Assembly (NCBI GenBank): GCA_964489085.1
Contig: CAZAXO010000003.1
Location: forward strand, 1 to 34,344
Length of the DNA: 34,344 nt
Reading direction: 5' to 3'
DNA from: an uncultured Candidatus Bathyarchaeia archaeon
GTDB lineage: Archaea > Thermoproteota > Bathyarchaeia > 40CM-2-53-6 > DTGE01
Shown here: positions 18,593 to 27,670 of the stretch, piece by piece
Numbering within the stretch: position 1 is the first letter of the stretch
Layout: each line of letters starts with the position of its first letter
Notes under the pieces: model-generated
Told to the model about the DNA's origin: nothing
The model's input: the letters and a program-made list of their open reading frames with translations, nothing else
Databases searched by the model: none
Position numbers and translations under genes: made by a program

Positions 18593-18798
18593 GTGCTTTT
18601 ACAATTAAATTAAACGTTTAATATGTATTAATTTTCATAAAAATTATTTATTTTTTTCGTAAGTATGCGTTATAGGCCTTTCAATGGATAAGTAATTAGA
18701 GTGGGAGAGTTGATCTTAACACTTAAATGCAGACAATTTGAAATGCGTGATAGCTTCATTAATTTTGTACCATATTTTAGCTGTAAATATGTTGCGTA

Positions 18799-18815
18799 TC
18801 CCGTCCGGTCCACCA
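18799..18815 (+). other. Second tRNA-Ala-like 3'-end remnant
   Basis: TCCCGTCCGGTCCACCA, 15/17 identical to 6804-6820, with intact CCA. Confidence 0.7.
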
Positions 18816-18952
18816 ATATTAGGTTTGAACAAGCTAGCTAAGTATATAGGACTAATTCTCGATACAATACACAAAGTTTTTAATCGAAGCAGCTAGATTT
18901 TTATAGTAAATAACGTAAAGATGCATTATTGATATATTTATCATAGGGGATA

Positions 18953-19930
18953 ATGCTGATGAGTAAATCTAAGTATGTTGTAATTGGAATTGTATTAATA
19001 GTCATAGTTATTGTTGGATTAATGGTTATTAGAGCACGTCAGAGACGAAGTGAGGTTGCCTACCAAGTTGATGAGGCTTTAACTATAATCAAAGACATCA
19101 ATGCTAAGACGGTGGATATCAGTAGTTCTTGGAAAGAAATACAGATAACGCTTCAACTGCTAAATGTTAGAGACATTCCTGACGATATTTCAGGCTATAA
19201 GCGGGAACTTGAGTACTCAAAGATCGCAAGAAATGATATCGCCGATATGAGGGATGAGCTTGATGCCATCCGAGCAGATCATGAGAGCATAGCAGCTTCA
19301 TTACGTAAGTTAGAGGATATACCCCTTCCAGATTGGATTGACGAGTATATAATGCTTAAAACAACGATAATAGAGAAGGATGGTGAGCGTGCAGATGTCA
19401 CCGAAGAGCTTCTTGACGAATTAAACCTTTATTATCAGTTCTCTGATGCATTTCTGGAAGGTATGATTGCACAAGCCCAGATGGAGGAGAACTTGGAAGA
19501 TGGTGCAGAGGCTTTTGAGGACGAGGATTACCTAGCAGCACAGAGAAGCTTTCAAAAAGCCTCAGATGACAACGTGAAAGTACAAGAGTATGCAGATGAA
19601 GCATCAAAACTAATTAAGTTCAACTATTTAACAAGAATAGATGCTAATAGAAAAGATGCCGAAGAGGTCATCGAGGAATATCTTACAGTTGTTGATCTTG
19701 TCGATGAGGGCTCCTATATAGAAGCAGACAATCTCTATGATGAGGCTGAAGATGATTACAATGCTTTACTCTCACAGAAGCTTACTTCAAGTGATTTACT
19801 GCCTGAACATCAGACCTGGTGGAGTAAGAATATTGAATCGAAACTAGATCAGATTCAACAGTTAACGAATGATATCGGGCAATTAGAGGCTCAACTCAGT
19901 AAGTTATATGAGGAGCATACAACTGAATAA
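18953..19930 (+). CDS. Membrane-anchored acidic alpha-helical/coiled-coil protein, function unknown
   Basis: N-terminal TM (VVIGIVLIVIVIVGLMVI) followed by D/E-rich heptad-like sequence. Confidence 0.75.
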   Translation: MLMSKSKYVVIGIVLIVIVIVGLMVIRARQRRSEVAYQVDEALTIIKDINAKTVDISSSWKEIQITLQLLNVRDIPDDISGYKRELEYSKIARNDIADMRDELDAIRADHESIAASLRKLEDIPLPDWIDEYIMLKTTIIEKDGERADVTEELLDELNLYYQFSDAFLEGMIAQAQMEENLEDGAEAFEDEDYLAAQRSFQKASDDNVKVQEYADEASKLIKFNYLTRIDANRKDAEEVIEEYLTVVDLVDEGSYIEADNLYDEAEDDYNALLSQKLTSSDLLPEHQTWWSKNIESKLDQIQQLTNDIGQLEAQLSKLYEEHTTE

Positions 19931-20338
19931 ATGAAATTCCCTACTCTCATAGTCGATATTCTCTTGTTACGCATGCTATTTTCTGTTTTGAGATAAACAA
20001 ATAATGACAATAGGTTTGTGAAAATATGGATTTAATGGTTAAGACGAAAGGCTTCATTGAATAAGGTTAACGGTTCTATTAAAGGGTTATACTCTACAAT
20101 ATCGAATGATAACCTGGGGATACCAAATAACAGCTATTTATTACTGATATGTTTTGAATCTTAACATCTAGCTATAATAGATTAGGGGTCCGCGCTAAAT
20201 AAAGCATACCAACTGGCAGCTATACTACCTTATACTCATTTCTTTTGATAAAAAAGGTATGATTTTGAGAAGAGATATCGTAATATAATTCAAGACAATT
20301 ATATCCTTAACATCCATGACTGATGGAGGAACATAAAG

Positions 20339-21127
20339 ATGAAAACAATCAACGTAGCTTCAAGAAAGAAGATGCTGTTTGAGGTTATTATAAAGGCAGG
20401 AGATCTGATAGCTTCAAAGTTTATGTCTATGTCACGAATCGAAATGAAAGAAAAATCGAAACATGAGATTGTGACGGAAGTTGATATTGAAGCAGAATCA
20501 ATAGTCATCAATGCGATTAAAAATAGTTTTCCAGATGATATGATCCTTAGTGAAGAAGCTGGAGGAGAGAAGATTTTTAAAAATTTTTGTTGGATCATCG
20601 ATCCTCTCGATGGAACAACAAACTTCTTTCTTGGGAATCCGGTCTTTACAACTTCCATTGGTTTAACCTATGATGGAGAGATCGTGTTGGGGACTACCTA
20701 TCACCCAATTCTCCGCCAACTCTTCAGTGTTGAGAAAGGACAGGGTTTTCAAGTTAATGAAGAGAAAAGGACTGTGAGTATAACAAGCACTCTCTCAGAT
20801 GCATTTATTGTTTTCTGTCATGGTAATGATGATGCAAATATAGAGGTTATTACTTCATTCTTTTCACTTCTTAAACCACGCTGTAAGTCATTTCGTCAAC
20901 TCGGCTCTGCTTCTTTTGAACTAGCCCTCGTCGCAGCAGGAAAAATCGATGCCTTCATTATGCCTGGTGTCAACCCATGGGATGTGGCTGCAGGTGTTCT
21001 GATGGTTAGAGAAGCATCCGGCCTTGTCGTTGACCTGAATGGAAAAGAATGGAATTTTAATAGTAAAGATCTTCTTGCCTGTAACGAAAAACTATTAGAT
21101 CCTCTACTGACTATTTTGAGAAGCTAA
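20339..21127 (+). CDS. Inositol monophosphatase family protein (SuhB/FIG)
   Basis: VTEVD, LSEE, WIIDPLDGTTNF, GSA, PWDVAAG; GGAGG RBS. Confidence 0.93.
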   Translation: MKTINVASRKKMLFEVIIKAGDLIASKFMSMSRIEMKEKSKHEIVTEVDIEAESIVINAIKNSFPDDMILSEEAGGEKIFKNFCWIIDPLDGTTNFFLGNPVFTTSIGLTYDGEIVLGTTYHPILRQLFSVEKGQGFQVNEEKRTVSITSTLSDAFIVFCHGNDDANIEVITSFFSLLKPRCKSFRQLGSASFELALVAAGKIDAFIMPGVNPWDVAAGVLMVREASGLVVDLNGKEWNFNSKDLLACNEKLLDPLLTILRS

Positions 21128-21133
21128 GCTGTT

Positions 21134-21799
21134 TCACGAATATTTTTTATGCAACTCTTTTAGAGTATTGTAAAACGATTGTAGAAGAAGATAGCATGAA
21201 GTGGCTCCAGGATCTTGATGACCGATAGAGCGTTCACCAAGTCTACTTGAACGCCCTATTTTTGAGAGGAGAGGAATAGTTGACTTCATACCTTCTCTAG
21301 CGCTGTGAACACTTTTTTCAACGGCTGTTAACAGATGGTCACCATTCGCTGAAGCTTCTTTTAGGATCTGAGTAGCAGGATGTATCGCATCCAACATTGT
21401 TTTATCACCAAGTTTCGATTTGCCTCGTTCTTTTACTCCAATCTCGGCAGCTTGAAACATAGCAACGAGGTCACTAAGATTTATTTCTTTTTTCCCAATA
21501 ACTTCTTGAGACGCCCTAAGAAATGCCGTACCAAAGAGCGGGCCTACAGCTCCACCCACAGCCGAAATTAGGATCGTTGCAGCACCCTGTAGAATTAAAC
21601 CCACATCTTCAATACCAAGTTTCTCGACTTCAATCCTCACTGCCTGAAAGCTTTTAGCCATTGACACTCCATGATCACCATCCCCCAACGCAGCATCAAG
21701 TTCAGAAAGATAATCTTTATTCTCCTCAATCATGTCTGCCATTCGTTTAAGAATTTCACGCATATCTTCAGCTGTTATAGTTTCATTCAAAGTACCCAC
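21134..21799 (-). CDS. dhaL: Dihydroxyacetone/erythrulose kinase nucleotide-binding subunit
   Basis: LDAALGDGDHG, GGAVGPLFG, GDKTMLDA, GRSSRLGERSIGHQDPGA. Confidence 0.92.
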   Translation of the reverse strand: MGTLNETITAEDMREILKRMADMIEENKDYLSELDAALGDGDHGVSMAKSFQAVRIEVEKLGIEDVGLILQGAATILISAVGGAVGPLFGTAFLRASQEVIGKKEINLSDLVAMFQAAEIGVKERGKSKLGDKTMLDAIHPATQILKEASANGDHLLTAVEKSVHSAREGMKSTIPLLSKIGRSSRLGERSIGHQDPGATSCYLLLQSFYNTLKELHKKYS

Positions 21800-21800
21800 G

Positions 21801-22814
21801 TCATCTATTCCTTTTTAATCGTTGAACGTAACATGGCGTATCTGCCGGCGTATCAATAAGTCGCTTTAATTCATTATCCATCTTCATTAGCGTAATAGAA
21901 AAGCCTGCCATCTCAAGTGCGGAAAAGTATTCCCCTATAAAAGACCGATAAATACCTATCTCTCCACTGTTTAGCATTTCCGCTACTTTCTTAAACACAA
22001 TGTAGAGCTCGAGTTGTGGCGTTGCTCCAAGACCGTTAATGAGGGCAACCACCTCATCTCCTCTCTTGAAGGGGAGATCAGTTAGGAGTATTTCCATCAA
22101 ATCTTCAGTGATTTCATTTGCTGTCTTCATTTTCATTCGTTTAACACCTAACTCACCATGATGACCAACACCAAACTCTATTTCATCATCCTTTAAGGTG
22201 AACGTTGGTTTCCCTAATGTAGGGACTGTGCATGGAGAGTGAGCCACACCAATAGTACGCGTCCACTTATTCACTTTCACTGCTACCTCCTTCACTTCTT
22301 TAAGGGTTGCACCTTCTTCTGCTCTTGCACCACAAGTTTTCCATGCTAAGAATTCACCAACAACACCACGACGATCATCGATTCTATCCGGTGGAGCTGA
22401 GCCAGCATCATCAGTAGCGATCACCTGTTCAACCTCTAAACCATCACTTTCAGCTAGTTCAGCTGCCATATCAAAGTTCATGACGTCTCCAGAATAGTTG
22501 CCAAGTAGAAAAAGAAGGCCTCTACCTCCATCAACCTCTTTTGCAGCTTCATAAATAGAATTTGCTGGAGGAGACGTAAATATTTCACCAACCGCTACAG
22601 CATCTAACATTCCTTTTCCAATATAACCGATGAAAGCAGGTTTATGGCCTGAACCACCGCCCGTCACCAACGCCACTTTACCCTTTATTGGAGCATCTCT
22701 GCGAACAATACTTCTCACAGTCTTCAGTTTTCTCACGTAATAACTATGAGCGGTTACGAATCCCTCCACCATTTCATCAGTTGCAGTTAAAGGATCATTT
22801 AGAAATTTCTTCAT
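21801..22814 (-). CDS. dhaK: Dihydroxyacetone/erythrulose kinase substrate-binding subunit
   Basis: MKKFLND, GGGSGHKP, GEIFTSP, NYSGDVMNF, EFGVGHHGELG, NGLGATP. Confidence 0.92.
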   Translation of the reverse strand: MKKFLNDPLTATDEMVEGFVTAHSYYVRKLKTVRSIVRRDAPIKGKVALVTGGGSGHKPAFIGYIGKGMLDAVAVGEIFTSPPANSIYEAAKEVDGGRGLLFLLGNYSGDVMNFDMAAELAESDGLEVEQVIATDDAGSAPPDRIDDRRGVVGEFLAWKTCGARAEEGATLKEVKEVAVKVNKWTRTIGVAHSPCTVPTLGKPTFTLKDDEIEFGVGHHGELGVKRMKMKTANEITEDLMEILLTDLPFKRGDEVVALINGLGATPQLELYIVFKKVAEMLNSGEIGIYRSFIGEYFSALEMAGFSITLMKMDNELKRLIDTPADTPCYVQRLKRNR

Positions 22815-22829
22815 TGTAATTCAACTCGC

Positions 22830-23282
22830 TTACTTCTTCCGATACTTCTTATCCAACTCATCGATTTCTGATATCTTTCTTGCAGAAGTACCTCCCGTAA
22901 ATTCACTCGCCAGCCACACAGTTACAATAGCTTTTGCTAACTCAAAACCTATAACTCTCGCTCCTAACGCTAAGACCTGTGCATTATTGCTTTTCCTCGC
23001 TCTCTCTGCTGAGTAGATATCATGGCAGACTGCACCTCGAATACCTGGAAACTTATTCGCACATATTGCCATTCCTATTCCTGTGCCACATACTAAAATT
23101 GCACGATCATAATTATGTATCAAAAACGTTTCACAAGCTTTTGTAGCGACTATTGGATAATCAATTGGATTCTCAGAGTTACATCCTATATCAAGGACAT
23201 TGTGACCAAGTTTGCTCAAGTAAGTTTTTAACTCTTGTTTTAGTTTATATCCCGCATCATCAGAACCCAAAAGGATATTCAT
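22830..23282 (-). CDS. rpiB: RpiB-family sugar-phosphate isomerase, EryI/DerI-like
   Basis: CGTGIG catalytic motif, ANK.PGIR; non-canonical SDDAG, ERARKSNNAQ and GGTSARK. Confidence 0.9.
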   Translation of the reverse strand: MNILLGSDDAGYKLKQELKTYLSKLGHNVLDIGCNSENPIDYPIVATKACETFLIHNYDRAILVCGTGIGMAICANKFPGIRGAVCHDIYSAERARKSNNAQVLALGARVIGFELAKAIVTVWLASEFTGGTSARKISEIDELDKKYRKK

Positions 23283-23310
23283 AGAACTCGTGAAAATAAT
23301 GGAGTAATTG

Positions 23311-23323
23311 ATTATAAAAGATT
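23311..23323 (-). promoter_or_regulatory. Putative TATA box for rpiB-dhaK-dhaL
   Basis: Minus strand AATCTTTTATAAT about 29 nt upstream of the ATG, consistent with a leaderless transcript. Confidence 0.55.
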
Positions 23324-23413
23324 AGTTTTCAATCGTTTTACAAACCATTGAAGCCTGTACCTATATTATCATTAATCGTTTGCTATATTCAGAATAATAG
23401 TATGGATAGTCGA

Positions 23414-24424
23414 CTAATATTTCTTTTCTTTCAGATGCGGAAGCACTTCTTTACCATAGACCTCGATAAATTTCTTTTCATCTGGACTTGAACTTTGAAT
23501 ATAAAGAATATCTACTCCAATATCGATTATTCTTTGTAATCGTTTGATATGCTCTTCAATGTCTGTGCTAATGATCCATGTCTCCCCGAGGTTCTCATCA
23601 CCTACAAATGCCGCATTTTCATCTATTTCTCGTGGGTCATAAATTTCATATTTAAAGGTAAAGGGTAAAAGGGTCCCAGCCCAGAATCGACATGATTCTA
23701 AAGCTTTCTCATAATCTTCATCATACGAGACGCCTATCTCTAACGACTTTACGAGAGCGCTAGGATCTCTGTCCATACTTTTTGCTCCTTTCTCAAAAGC
23801 AGGAAAGAGACTATTTTTAAAGTAAGCAAGAGCATCGTTACTATACACAAAACTGTTGATTCCGTCGGCTAATCGCCCAGCTATCTCAGCGACTTTAACT
23901 CCCGACGTAGAGACAATTAGAGGTACTGGATACCGTGGTTTTGTGTAGAGGTTTGCCTTTTTTAAGGTGTAGTATTTTCCTTTGAAGGACACAAATGCTT
24001 TTTCCCAAAGCATCTTTATGACTCGAATTGCCTCCTCGAGGCGTTCAACTCTTTCCTTTACTGGGGGCCATTGAAATCCAACAGGTACTTCATTCATCGC
24101 CTCTCCTACTCCAACACCAAGAAAGATCCGCTTCGGATATATGTAACCAAGGGTTGCAAATGCCTGAGCGACGATAGCTGGATTATATCTAAATGTGGGG
24201 GTGGAAACTTCTGTTCCTAAAACCACATGTTTCGTTCTCTCAGCTGCAGAGGCGAGCCAGACCCATGCAAATCCTCCTGCTGCGTTCGTATGTGACCATG
24301 GATGAAAATGATCGCTGCTTATAATACGTTGAAAGCCCCCTTTTTCAGCTAAAACTACATTATTAAGAAGAGTGATAGGATCATATTGTTCCTGCGGTAT
24401 CATATATCCGACTTCTAAATTCAT
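23414..24424 (-). CDS. F420-dependent LLM-class dehydrogenase (FGD/Adf-like)
   Basis: QEQY.P, SDHFHPW, TPTFRYNPAIVAQAFATL, GVGVGEAMNE. Confidence 0.9.
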   Translation of the reverse strand: MNLEVGYMIPQEQYDPITLLNNVVLAEKGGFQRIISSDHFHPWSHTNAAGGFAWVWLASAAERTKHVVLGTEVSTPTFRYNPAIVAQAFATLGYIYPKRIFLGVGVGEAMNEVPVGFQWPPVKERVERLEEAIRVIKMLWEKAFVSFKGKYYTLKKANLYTKPRYPVPLIVSTSGVKVAEIAGRLADGINSFVYSNDALAYFKNSLFPAFEKGAKSMDRDPSALVKSLEIGVSYDEDYEKALESCRFWAGTLLPFTFKYEIYDPREIDENAAFVGDENLGETWIISTDIEEHIKRLQRIIDIGVDILYIQSSSPDEKKFIEVYGKEVLPHLKEKKY

Positions 24425-24460
24425 CGCTTCTACAAACCTAATACTAAATTTATTATTCCG

Positions 24461-24472
24461 AATAAAAGATTT
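24461..24472 (-). promoter_or_regulatory. Putative TATA box for the LLM gene
   Basis: Minus strand AAATCTTTTATT, nearly identical to the rpiB upstream element. Confidence 0.45.
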
Positions 24473-24478
24473 AGTCTA

Positions 24479-25351
24479 TTATTCCAATGCATAATCGAAT
24501 CGTTCACCTATACGGAGTATTTTACAAGTGATCTCTAATTTTACTCGATTTATGATCTCTTCTACGAGGTGTGGATTACATAATGCAATGTCCCAGATAT
24601 CCCAGTGTATAGGAATCAGTATTCGAGCTCCTAAATATTGAGCGAACTCCACCGCTTCCTCTGGTGTATTATACCATCTCTCCCCAGGTGGATTCACACC
24701 GATACTGATTAACGCAATTTCAATGTTATACTTTTTTCCTATTGTTTTAAATATTGAATCGGCAAGTGAATCTCCGGAGTGAAAGATACTTATATTCGCA
24801 CATTCAAAGAGATAAGTATTCGCTGTTTTAGGAATGGGATCTTTAGAAGGGAGCGCCTTTATCGTAATATTATTAATTTGTTTTTTTTGATATTCTTTCA
24901 AAGTGAGGATTTGATTTGAGGGAATTTTCCAACTTTTTAAGAGTTCCGTAACGCTTTTAGGTCCTATAAAGATAGACTCTGTATTACCACTAATAGGAAA
25001 GACGAAATCTTCACTGAGATGATCGAGATCTTCATGTGTAATAACTGTGGCATCTATACTTTTCACTTCGTCTGGATTAAAGGGAATAGGAACCATTCGA
25101 TGAAGTATTCGACCTCCAGAACTAATCGACCCTCCACAATAAGGATCGATATAAATTGTTGCTTGCGATGTCTTTAAAATGAAACCGGCCCCTCCAATCG
25201 ACCAAAGGGCTATAGCCCCTTCATGTACCTTGTAATTCTCTACTGCTGTTAAAAACCAATCATACCATTCGCTTTTTAAAGATGATAATGGTAATGGTTT
25301 TCCTAGTCGAAGATAATATGCTGCGCCTTTCCCCATAGATCTTATCACCAT
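24479..25351 (-). CDS. MBL-fold metallo-hydrolase, UlaG (L-ascorbate-6-P lactonase)-like
   Basis: LWSIGGAGF, YIDPY, THEDLDHL (variant of HxHxDH), FHSGDS, IPIHWD. Confidence 0.85.
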   Translation of the reverse strand: MVIRSMGKGAAYYLRLGKPLPLSSLKSEWYDWFLTAVENYKVHEGAIALWSIGGAGFILKTSQATIYIDPYCGGSISSGGRILHRMVPIPFNPDEVKSIDATVITHEDLDHLSEDFVFPISGNTESIFIGPKSVTELLKSWKIPSNQILTLKEYQKKQINNITIKALPSKDPIPKTANTYLFECANISIFHSGDSLADSIFKTIGKKYNIEIALISIGVNPPGERWYNTPEEAVEFAQYLGARILIPIHWDIWDIALCNPHLVEEIINRVKLEITCKILRIGERFDYALE

Positions 25352-25467
25352 AAGAGTATTGAGTTAAGTAAATGAATAATATTATGTAAGATTAAACTAA
25401 TAGTCGTCATTATGATACTCTGGATCATACCTAAAGCTGCTAAGTGATTTTTAGCTTGTTGGAACAC

Positions 25468-25899
25468 CTATTGTGAGATATTATCAATTTGAAGTTCAAA
25501 TGTACCAATTACTCCATTTACGTCTACAGTATAGATTCCTGCTGGTAATCCAATCACATTAAGGGGTATCACTTCTTCAAATGGGATAATACCATCTACA
25601 CATTTATCATAAGGTCGAGACGTTGAAATTGAAATGAAAAAGGTATCACCTTCATGGATTATTGTTACCTTATTGATTTCAGTACAACTGTCAGGAAATT
25701 CTCCCCGGACAATAACATTAACTTGAACTGGAAAGGACTCTAGAATCAGAATATCAATTTTCGTTACTTTAGCTTCCATGATAATAATCGAAGATACAGG
25801 TGTTTCTTTTTGTTGAATCATAAGTATACTGCCGATAAGTAACACAGCTATCAAGACCACTAAGAGTGAAGAAATATTAATTATCCGTCTACAAAACAA
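25468..25899 (-). CDS. Secreted/membrane-anchored hypothetical protein
   Basis: N-terminal hydrophobic helix; ILESFPVQVNV..GEFPDSC...C...GLPAGIYTVDVNG beta domain with two Cys. Confidence 0.7.
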   Translation of the reverse strand: MFCRRIINISSLLVVLIAVLLIGSILMIQQKETPVSSIIIMEAKVTKIDILILESFPVQVNVIVRGEFPDSCTEINKVTIIHEGDTFFISISTSRPYDKCVDGIIPFEEVIPLNVIGLPAGIYTVDVNGVIGTFELQIDNISQ

Positions 25900-26014
25900 T
25901 GTTCTATCAACAATGTTTAGAGTTGATCAATACATTACCTGAGTTTAGAACTTTAATTTAATAAAAAAATAGCTAGCTTGTTTATTCGTACTCCTCTTTT
26001 AACCTGAATCGGTT

Positions 26015-26457
26015 TTATACGTTTCTAAAATTTATTCTAAATAATGAGTTTTCTTCAGTATATTTGTCATTGGTACACCATATTATTCTCCCATTTGTAT
26101 CGATTAATACGATATAGATCGCTTCTTCGTTGGGAATATTTAACTGTCGTTTAAATTCTTTTTTATTAATATAGAGAGTAATAGTTCTCTCACATGCTTC
26201 TTTATCTGATATTCCAGAACGCATTCCACCATTTATCATCCACCTGATCAATAGATAAGAAGAGTTGAGTGTAGGTAACTCGTAAAACGATAAAGTTAGA
26301 TTATTCTGGACTAGTATTGCCTGAAAAGGAAGCCATTGTTCCACTAATTCTTGATGCTCACTTTTAAACGGGATAATGACGATGTTTAATTCACCTTTAA
26401 GATCGTTGGGCAATTGGAATCTTTGACCAAGTTTGTAGCTGATAGTGTTGGAAACAT
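26015..26457 (-). pseudogene. Frameshifted thioredoxin-like (ATP10-like) gene
   Basis: ATG at 26457 gives MFPTLSATNL; after a frameshift near 26428 it continues GQRFQLPNDLKGELNIVIIPF..HQELVEQW...IVLIDTNGRIIW. Confidence 0.6.
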
Positions 26458-26559
26458 TTGAATCTGGGTCCTAGAATTTATGATTAGATATATTTTAATT
26501 TAAGAGATTATATGCCCTATATATTTTTAGAGTATATATGAACTATCTTTGATGAGATT

Positions 26560-27138
26560 GTGAGCCGAGTACAATTGAAAACAGACTTCCCTAAACGTAA
26601 AGAATTAGCTACGATCGGGGGTGGCTGCTTTTGGTGTATAGAGGTTATTTTCAACCAATTAAGAGGTGTCGAAAAAGTTGAATCAGGATATTCAGGTGGT
26701 ACTGTTGCAAATCCAACTTACGAGCAAGTGTGCACCGGAACAACTGGACATGCAGAAGTCATACAAATCACTTTTAACCCAAAAATTATATCATTCAAGG
26801 ATATCCTAGAAATCTTCTTTACTATACATGAGCCAACTACAGTAAATCGTCAAGGTGACGATGTAGGTTCCCAGTATCGTTCAATTATATTTTACCATAA
26901 CAATTCACAAAAAGTAATTGCAGAGCAGATTATCAAGGAAATCGACGCGAAAAAAATTTGGAACACACCTATAGTTACCCAGGTTGAACCATTCAGAATA
27001 TTCTATAAAGCAGAGGATTATCACCAAATGTATTATACAAACAATCCCAATCAACCTTACTGTAGAGTAATTATCTCACCGAAAGTTACTAAATTCAAGA
27101 AACGGTATCGTGAGAAACTTAAAACTGTAGAAAACTAG
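26560..27138 (+). CDS. msrA: Peptide-methionine (S)-S-oxide reductase
   Basis: [46 protein letters not shown]. Confidence 0.96.
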   Translation: MSRVQLKTDFPKRKELATIGGGCFWCIEVIFNQLRGVEKVESGYSGGTVANPTYEQVCTGTTGHAEVIQITFNPKIISFKDILEIFFTIHEPTTVNRQGDDVGSQYRSIIFYHNNSQKVIAEQIIKEIDAKKIWNTPIVTQVEPFRIFYKAEDYHQMYYTNNPNQPYCRVIISPKVTKFKKRYREKLKTVEN

Positions 27139-27157
27139 TCAGCTAATAAATAACCAA

Positions 27158-27610
27158 TTGGTGACTCAAATGAGGTTTACTTATCCTCGAAAGGTTCAGT
27201 ATAGATGTATAAAATGCACATTATGCTGTGGAGATACAAAAGATCATGTTAGATCAATTCTACTTTTAAAGACAGAAGCTAGAAAAATAGCGAAATACAA
27301 TTCAAAGAAACTAGACGACTTTTCTGAGAAGGTGGAAAATTGGAACCCCTATACCTACAAGATGAAAAAAACGAAGGATGCAAAATGTGTTTTCCTCAAA
27401 GATAAAGTATGTTCCATCTATCAGATAAGACCTATGATATGTAGATTCTATCCTTTCCAACTTAACATGAGAAATAATAGATACACTTTCACCTACACAA
27501 ATGAATGCAAGGGTATTGGAAAAGGATTCAACATTAAAAAAAATTACTTTGAAAGGTTATTTACTATATTTTTAAAAACAACAAGAGAAGAATTCAAAAC
27601 GGAAAATTAG
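27158..27610 (+). CDS. YkgJ-family cysteine cluster protein
   Basis: CIKCTLCC...CVFL...CSIYQIRPMICRFYPF...CKGIG. Confidence 0.9.
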   Translation: MVTQMRFTYPRKVQYRCIKCTLCCGDTKDHVRSILLLKTEARKIAKYNSKKLDDFSEKVENWNPYTYKMKKTKDAKCVFLKDKVCSIYQIRPMICRFYPFQLNMRNNRYTFTYTNECKGIGKGFNIKKNYFERLFTIFLKTTREEFKTEN

Positions 27611-27670
27611 TAGTAACTCATAGTTAAGCGATTACACTAAGCATCTTGATTTCAAGTTATGATGTCATAA

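Noticed and set aside
20033-20135. Minus-strand FDIVEYNP resembling an arginase-family motif
   Set aside because: Isolated short match in a stop-rich region with no other ureohydrolase motifs.
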